NCBI GenBank assembly: GCA_027065555.1 | Contig: JAMONS010000129.1 | Span: forward strand, 195 to 64,194 | Length of the DNA stretch: 64,000 nucleotides | DNA from: Hyphomicrobiales bacterium | GTDB taxonomy: Bacteria; Pseudomonadota; Alphaproteobacteria; Rhizobiales; Devosiaceae | Direction: 5' to 3' | Shown here: positions 60,225 to 64,000 of the stretch, one piece after another | Layout of the letters: each line of letters starts with the position of its first letter | How positions within the stretch are numbered: position 1 is the stretch's first letter | The notes under the pieces: model-generated | The model's input: the letters and a program-made list of their open reading frames with translations, nothing else | Database searches by the model: none | Told to the model about the DNA's origin: nothing | Translations under genes and position numbers: made by a program

Positions 60225-60992
60225 TTAGTTTTCAGCCGCAATATCGGTGATTAACCCCAATGCGAATAATTGCCCAAAACAATAGTTGAAATCAAAATTT
60301 TGATCTTGTTTTATAGCTTTTTCATAAGCGTTGCCAAGTGTTCGACCATTCATAATCGCACTATAAAATATACAAGCGGCAGGATCTATATTGGCTATTA
60401 ACACATCAACATTTGGGCGGCATATTAAAATAGCTTGCTTAACCTCTAGGTCAATATCAACCATATCATTATCTTCATGACCTTGCCAAATTGAATATAT
60501 AGGCCAGTTTGATTTTAATATAGCAGCGCTTGGGTGTGTTTTGAAAGTTAAGTTTGAGTGTTCTTTAGCGTCAATTTGCTGGATTTTTGCAATATCCAAA
60601 GGTTTGGCATCAATAGCGTGATAGGCATTGCGCCACATTATTTCCAAACGAGCGATATCTGCTAAATAAGGTAACTGATCCGCAGGGCTATATTGGCTAA
60701 TAAAGAACGCAAATTCATCGCCATATTCAAATAACATTGGTGATGTTGGTGGGTTTTTGCGAATAAAATCTACCGCTAATGCTTTAAAAAATTCATCGCC
60801 AACTAAAGCAAAACAAATAGGAAAATTAGATTTTAATGCTGCAATTAAACCCACTATTACATTATTACGATAAACTGCAAATCGGCTGGTAATATTTGGT
60901 TTTTTTAAGGCAACTAAACCTTTAGGAATAGGAGCAGAGGGTACTAATAATGCTGCAACAAATTCTTTATGTATTTGTTTAAAGCTGGCCAT
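60225..60992 (-). CDS. bufC: DUF2063 protein (MbnC-like partner of the MNIO enzyme)
   Basis: 255 aa with N-terminal signature RFAVYRNNVIVGLIAALKSNFP. 2-nt gap to the DUF692 gene. Confidence 0.85.
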   Translation of the reverse strand: MASFKQIHKEFVAALLVPSAPIPKGLVALKKPNITSRFAVYRNNVIVGLIAALKSNFPICFALVGDEFFKALAVDFIRKNPPTSPMLFEYGDEFAFFISQYSPADQLPYLADIARLEIMWRNAYHAIDAKPLDIAKIQQIDAKEHSNLTFKTHPSAAILKSNWPIYSIWQGHEDNDMVDIDLEVKQAILICRPNVDVLIANIDPAACIFYSAIMNGRTLGNAYEKAIKQDQNFDFNYCFGQLFALGLITDIAAEN

Positions 60993-60994
60993 AT

Positions 60995-61876
60995 TTATGA
61001 TTTTACCTTAGTTGAGACATGCTTTTTCATAAAGCCATCAGCAATTTTAGCTTCGTTAAATAGAACTGGCCATTCTGGTATATCGCCATCCCACTCAATT
61101 AGACTAGGTTTTGGGCCTGTTTTAGCAATTAGCTTCTTATATATGTCCCAAACATCATCAATAACTGCACTTGAATGATCATCAATTAATAATTTTCCAA
61201 TACCTAAATCATCATCTTCTATTAACTCGACACTATGTCCGCCTAAATGTATTTCTTCAACATGTTCAACTGGATATGCATCTAAATAATCATAAGCATC
61301 ATAGCCTTGATTATTAGCTGACACAAAAATATTATTAACATCAAGCAACAAGCCACAACCAGTGCGTTTGACAAGTTGATCTAAAAATTCAGTTTCAGCA
61401 TAAGGGCTAGATTCATAGGCTAAATATGCTGATGGGTTTTCAATTAGCACTTGTTTGCCCATATAGCTCTGCATTTCATCTACGTGATTTGCTAAATGAT
61501 TAAGCGTTTCCTCAGTATATGGCAGTGGTAAAAGATCATTAAAAAACTTACCCTCATGGGTTGACCAAGCCAGATGTTCAGAGATTAGCCAAGGCTCATA
61601 CCTATCCTTCAAGGCTTTAAAGAGCCTTAGATGTTCAGGGTCTAACCGCTCACTTGGACCACCTAAAGACATGCCAACCCCGTGCAAAGAGATGGGATAT
61701 AACTCACGAATGGCGGTTAGATATTTATGCGGAGGGCCACCAGCACCCATATAATTTTCAGGGTGAACTTCAAACCAGCCTAGCTTTGGTTTTTCTTGCA
61801 ATATGGTTTTATAATGCTGAGCCTTAAGGCCAACACCAGCTAGGTTAGGAATTTTTTTTAATCTAAAATTCGACAT
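60995..61876 (-). CDS. bufB: DUF692 / MbnB-like multinuclear non-haem iron oxidase (MNIO)
   Basis: ATG at 61876 (MSNFRLKK...). Motifs WFEVHPENY, ISLHGVG, ISEHLAW, LIENPSAY and EEIHLGGH are typical of the DUF692 TIM-barrel. Confidence 0.88.
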   Translation of the reverse strand: MSNFRLKKIPNLAGVGLKAQHYKTILQEKPKLGWFEVHPENYMGAGGPPHKYLTAIRELYPISLHGVGMSLGGPSERLDPEHLRLFKALKDRYEPWLISEHLAWSTHEGKFFNDLLPLPYTEETLNHLANHVDEMQSYMGKQVLIENPSAYLAYESSPYAETEFLDQLVKRTGCGLLLDVNNIFVSANNQGYDAYDYLDAYPVEHVEEIHLGGHSVELIEDDDLGIGKLLIDDHSSAVIDDVWDIYKKLIAKTGPKPSLIEWDGDIPEWPVLFNEAKIADGFMKKHVSTKVKS

Positions 61877-61954
61877 GTTTAAACCTAACAATTATTAGAT
61901 AAAACAACCCACTTCTAGAGGATAGTGGGTTGCTCAAGTAGAATAAGTGTTAAA

Positions 61955-62275
61955 TTACTTATCCATATCCATTTTCATTTTTTCAGCCATTTCAGCAGTG
62001 ATTTCTACTAGGCTACCAGTTCCTAGCGGGGTTTCTATTTCTTCACATGTACCTGTAGGAACCAAGCTCCACGCATTACCTTGATAATCGACAGTGCTTG
62101 AGCCTTGACAACTTGTACCTGCACCAGCTTTGCAATCATTCTCACCAGCTTTAGCAACACCATAGCATTTTTCTTTGTCTGAATCAGCAAATGCAGGGGC
62201 TACCATTACAGCAGATGAAAGAGCCGCAGCAATTGCGCCAGCTACTAGGATTTTTGACGGGTTGAAATGTTTCAT
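61955..62275 (-). CDS. bufA: DUF2282 secreted Cys-containing precursor peptide (bufferin-type RiPP precursor)
   Basis: GGAG Shine-Dalgarno 6 nt before the ATG at 62275. Signal peptide [30 protein letters not shown]|DSD. Core EKC-x10-C-x7-C-x20-C with [12 protein letters not shown]. Met-rich tail [13 protein letters not shown]. Confidence 0.85.
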   Translation of the reverse strand: MKHFNPSKILVAGAIAAALSSAVMVAPAFADSDKEKCYGVAKAGENDCKAGAGTSCQGSSTVDYQGNAWSLVPTGTCEEIETPLGTGSLVEITAEMAEKMKMDMDK

Positions 62276-62436
62276 TTTATTCTCCAAATTATTATATCAA
62301 TCAAATGATCTGATTGCTTGAATATGACCATATCCATATCAATGTCATTTGCAAATCACTTAGACACTAAAAATTATCACTTAAACTCACGCGTTCGTGA
62401 ACAGCAATTTCTAGCCTATAAAAATAATAACACCAA

Positions 62437-63027
62437 CTAATCAGTCTTTTTGCCCCCCTTCCCCTTCAATTCATCTTGATGTTCAAGCAATTTCTCTTGA
62501 TATTCATCGCCATCACCATAATCTTCAAATGATCGATAATATTTATGCACACCATGAATGCGCAATGAATGTTTTATCGGGCACCAATATTTCTCAGTTC
62601 GTGCCGCTACTTCTCGGGCATAAGCAATTACCCCATTGCCGTAAGAGCAATAAAGACAGTTCATTTTTTCGATCATATTAAGATAGGAAAGTTTATGACG
62701 ATCAAAACTCATATAGTTTTTACGCTTAACTTTTTCAATTTTATAAATAGGAAAACAAATCGCCTGATAAAAAGAAACCATTATATCAAGCAAAACAAAA
62801 GCAAAAATTAGCGAATAAATCACTGGAACTGTTAAAATGACTAGCAAATTTGCATTAAACAAATAGCGCAACGCACCAACTTTTGCTTTTTGGTGCATGT
62901 TTTTTATTCCCTCACCAAGAGCCAAAAATTTCGCCTCCATTAAGGCGTGTCTTTTTGCTATCTCTTTTTCCAACTCACCCTCAAGCTGATTTATCCTATC
63001 AATAATTTCACTGATTCTATTGCTCAT
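62437..63027 (-). CDS. Hypothetical membrane protein with an N-terminal coiled coil and a Cys/His-rich C-terminal domain
   Basis: 196 aa. Coiled coil (residues 1-45), long hydrophobic hairpin LLVILTVPVIYSLIFAFVLLDIMVSFYQAICFPIY, then NCLYCSYGNG...YWCPIKHSLRIHGVH. Confidence 0.7.
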   Translation of the reverse strand: MSNRISEIIDRINQLEGELEKEIAKRHALMEAKFLALGEGIKNMHQKAKVGALRYLFNANLLVILTVPVIYSLIFAFVLLDIMVSFYQAICFPIYKIEKVKRKNYMSFDRHKLSYLNMIEKMNCLYCSYGNGVIAYAREVAARTEKYWCPIKHSLRIHGVHKYYRSFEDYGDGDEYQEKLLEHQDELKGKGGKKTD

Positions 63028-63169
63028 ATCTCTTCCTCTCAGGTTTTTTGTTTTTAGGATTTTTAGAGTTTACTACAAAATAAGGATTTTGTTTAGTGCC
63101 AGCATATTAAAACTGAAGCTGATAAATTGTTTGAGCCTATAATATCTATTATTGGAGTGAATTTAAGTA

Positions 63170-63421
63170 AAAAAAATGAGCAAAGCAACCAACTACGACC
63201 AGCCTTAACGATGGAGCATGGAAAAAAATAACGGCGGGGGTGTTCCGCCTACGCCAAGGCTACGGCGGACAAGCGGGGTCGAGAGGGTGAATAACCCAAA
63301 GGCAACAAGAATAAAAATGCGTAAGGAAAAAGAATAAACGGCGGGGGTGTCGGGGACGGGAGCGTAAGCGACCAACAGCCTGCCCCGTACTAGATACGGG
63401 GGCGACAAGCATAAAAGAGCA
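63170..63421. repeat. Two units of the GC-rich modular repeat with nested hairpin modules, abutting the 3' end of tRNA-Leu(GAG)
   Basis: Unit 1 core GGCGGGGGTGT is interrupted by TCCGCCTACGCCAAGGCTACGGCGGA. Unit 2 is GGCGGGGGTGTCGGGGACGGGAGCGTAAGCGACCAA plus the nested CAGCCTGCCCCGTACTAGATACGGGGG. Confidence 0.85.
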
Positions 63422-63508
63422 TGGTGCGGTCGAGAAGACTCGAACTTCCACGGGTTTTACCCCACAGCGACCTCAACGCTGCGCGTCTACCAATTCCGCC
63501 ACGACCGC
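63422..63508 (-). tRNA. tRNA-Leu (anticodon GAG)
   Basis: Reverse complement GCGGTCGTGGCGGAATTGGTAGACGCGCAGCGTTGAGGTCGCTGTGGGGTAAAACCCGTGGAAGTTCGAGTCTTCTCGACCGCACCA. Long variable arm; anticodon loop TT-GAG-GT. Confidence 0.92.
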
Positions 63509-63599
63509 ACATCTTAGCTTAGCACTCATTAGATAGAGTGCGCTTGCATGTAACAAATCATTTATGATTGCTCAAGCATTAATTATTCTGAGAGGAAAT

Positions 63600-63833
63600 C
63601 TAACTTGAGCTTGCAACTTGCTCTGAAATTTTCACCGACAACTGACCATCTTCAATGAGAATTTCTCCATTAGCTATATGCTGCTCGTTAGCATATATCT
63701 TCAATGGATCAAGCTCCCCCGAATCAAGTTCAATCACTGCACCACGACCAAGACGCAACAAATGATGTACAGGCATAATTGTTGAACCTAGTTCAACCAA
63801 AATATCAACTTCGATATCTTCAAAAATAGACAT
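63600..63833 (-). CDS. fliN: FliN/SpoA-domain flagellar motor switch protein (short form)
   Basis: 77 aa: IEVDILVELGSTIMPVHHLLRLGRGAVIELDSGELDPLKIYANEQHIANGEI matches the surface presentation of antigens (SpoA) domain of FliN. Confidence 0.8.
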   Translation of the reverse strand: MSIFEDIEVDILVELGSTIMPVHHLLRLGRGAVIELDSGELDPLKIYANEQHIANGEILIEDGQLSVKISEQVASSS

Positions 63834-64000
63834 ATAGATTTACTCTCTCAGCTAGGCTTACTGTTTCAAATTAGAATCATTTGAATTCTAGTAACTCAAA
63901 CTTAGGATTCACAATTTATGGTTAGTAAATAGTTAAAGTCTGAAGATAAAATGAATTTTCAATAAAAATATAAATTGAAAATCTAATTATTACTATTATT

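Noticed and set aside
62288-62436. SigF/ECF-type promoter (GTAACC-N16-CGAA) or clear sigma-70 promoter upstream of the precursor gene
   Set aside because: I scanned the minus strand and found only a weak TTGCAA-N16-TATGGT candidate and no ECF-like motif. The evidence is too weak to annotate.
63205-63451. Two overlapping minus-strand ORFs (67 and 63 aa), one running into tRNA-Leu(GAG)
   Set aside because: They are translations of the same repeat family (the same PRHPRRLFF peptide as at 13320-13604), and one overlaps a tRNA gene. They are artefacts.

Overview
AT-rich alphaproteobacterial chromosome segment. Gene order and protein sequences look Rhizobiales/Hyphomicrobiales-like, and most of it is housekeeping. 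On the minus strand: nuoI(partial)-H-G-F-E-D-C-B-A, a small beta-barrel OMP, tRNA-Asp, three tandem TadG-like VWA genes (one a deletion remnant), tRNA-Val, hupB, an MFS pump, lon, clpX, clpP, gmk, yicC, mltG and fabF-acpP-fabG-fabD. On the plus strand: an SF1B Dda/RecD-like helicase with a small 2-TM protein, then rpsF-rpsR-rplI-dnaB-alr-radA-cvpA-purF-SDR. Next come tig and tRNA-Leu(TAG) (minus), a divergent zur / Cys-rich membrane protein pair, glnBA with a sigma-54 promoter, a flippase plus CelD-like GNAT pair, parE, a DEAD-box helicase and a GGDEF protein. The window ends with the suf operon (nifS-like, sufBCDS, sufT, sufA), an alpha/beta hydrolase, tyrS, a four-gene DUF2282/DUF692/DUF2063/DoxX operon, a Cys-rich membrane protein, tRNA-Leu(GAG) and a short fliN-like gene. 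The best candidate for a poorly annotated system is the DUF2282-DUF692-DUF2063-DoxX operon (59754-62275). It matches the bufferin / gig-type MNIO RiPP architecture for a periplasmic copper-binding peptide, and here the precursor carries an extra Met-rich tail. The second notable signal is a GC-rich, modular repeat family (core GGCGGGGGTGTCGGGG...GCGACCAACGGCGACAAGAATAAAGAAAGCAAC). It is stacked at the 3' flank of three tRNA genes, and one copy is fused in frame to the end of alr, supplying its stop codon and abutting the radA start. Other items: a MITE-like element with about 45-bp inverted ends, an exact alpha-proteobacterial RpoH promoter consensus before lon, an Irr ICE-like box before the suf operon, and a Fur-type 7-1-7 palindrome between zur and its divergent neighbour. 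No CRISPR array, transposase, integrase or prophage genes were seen.
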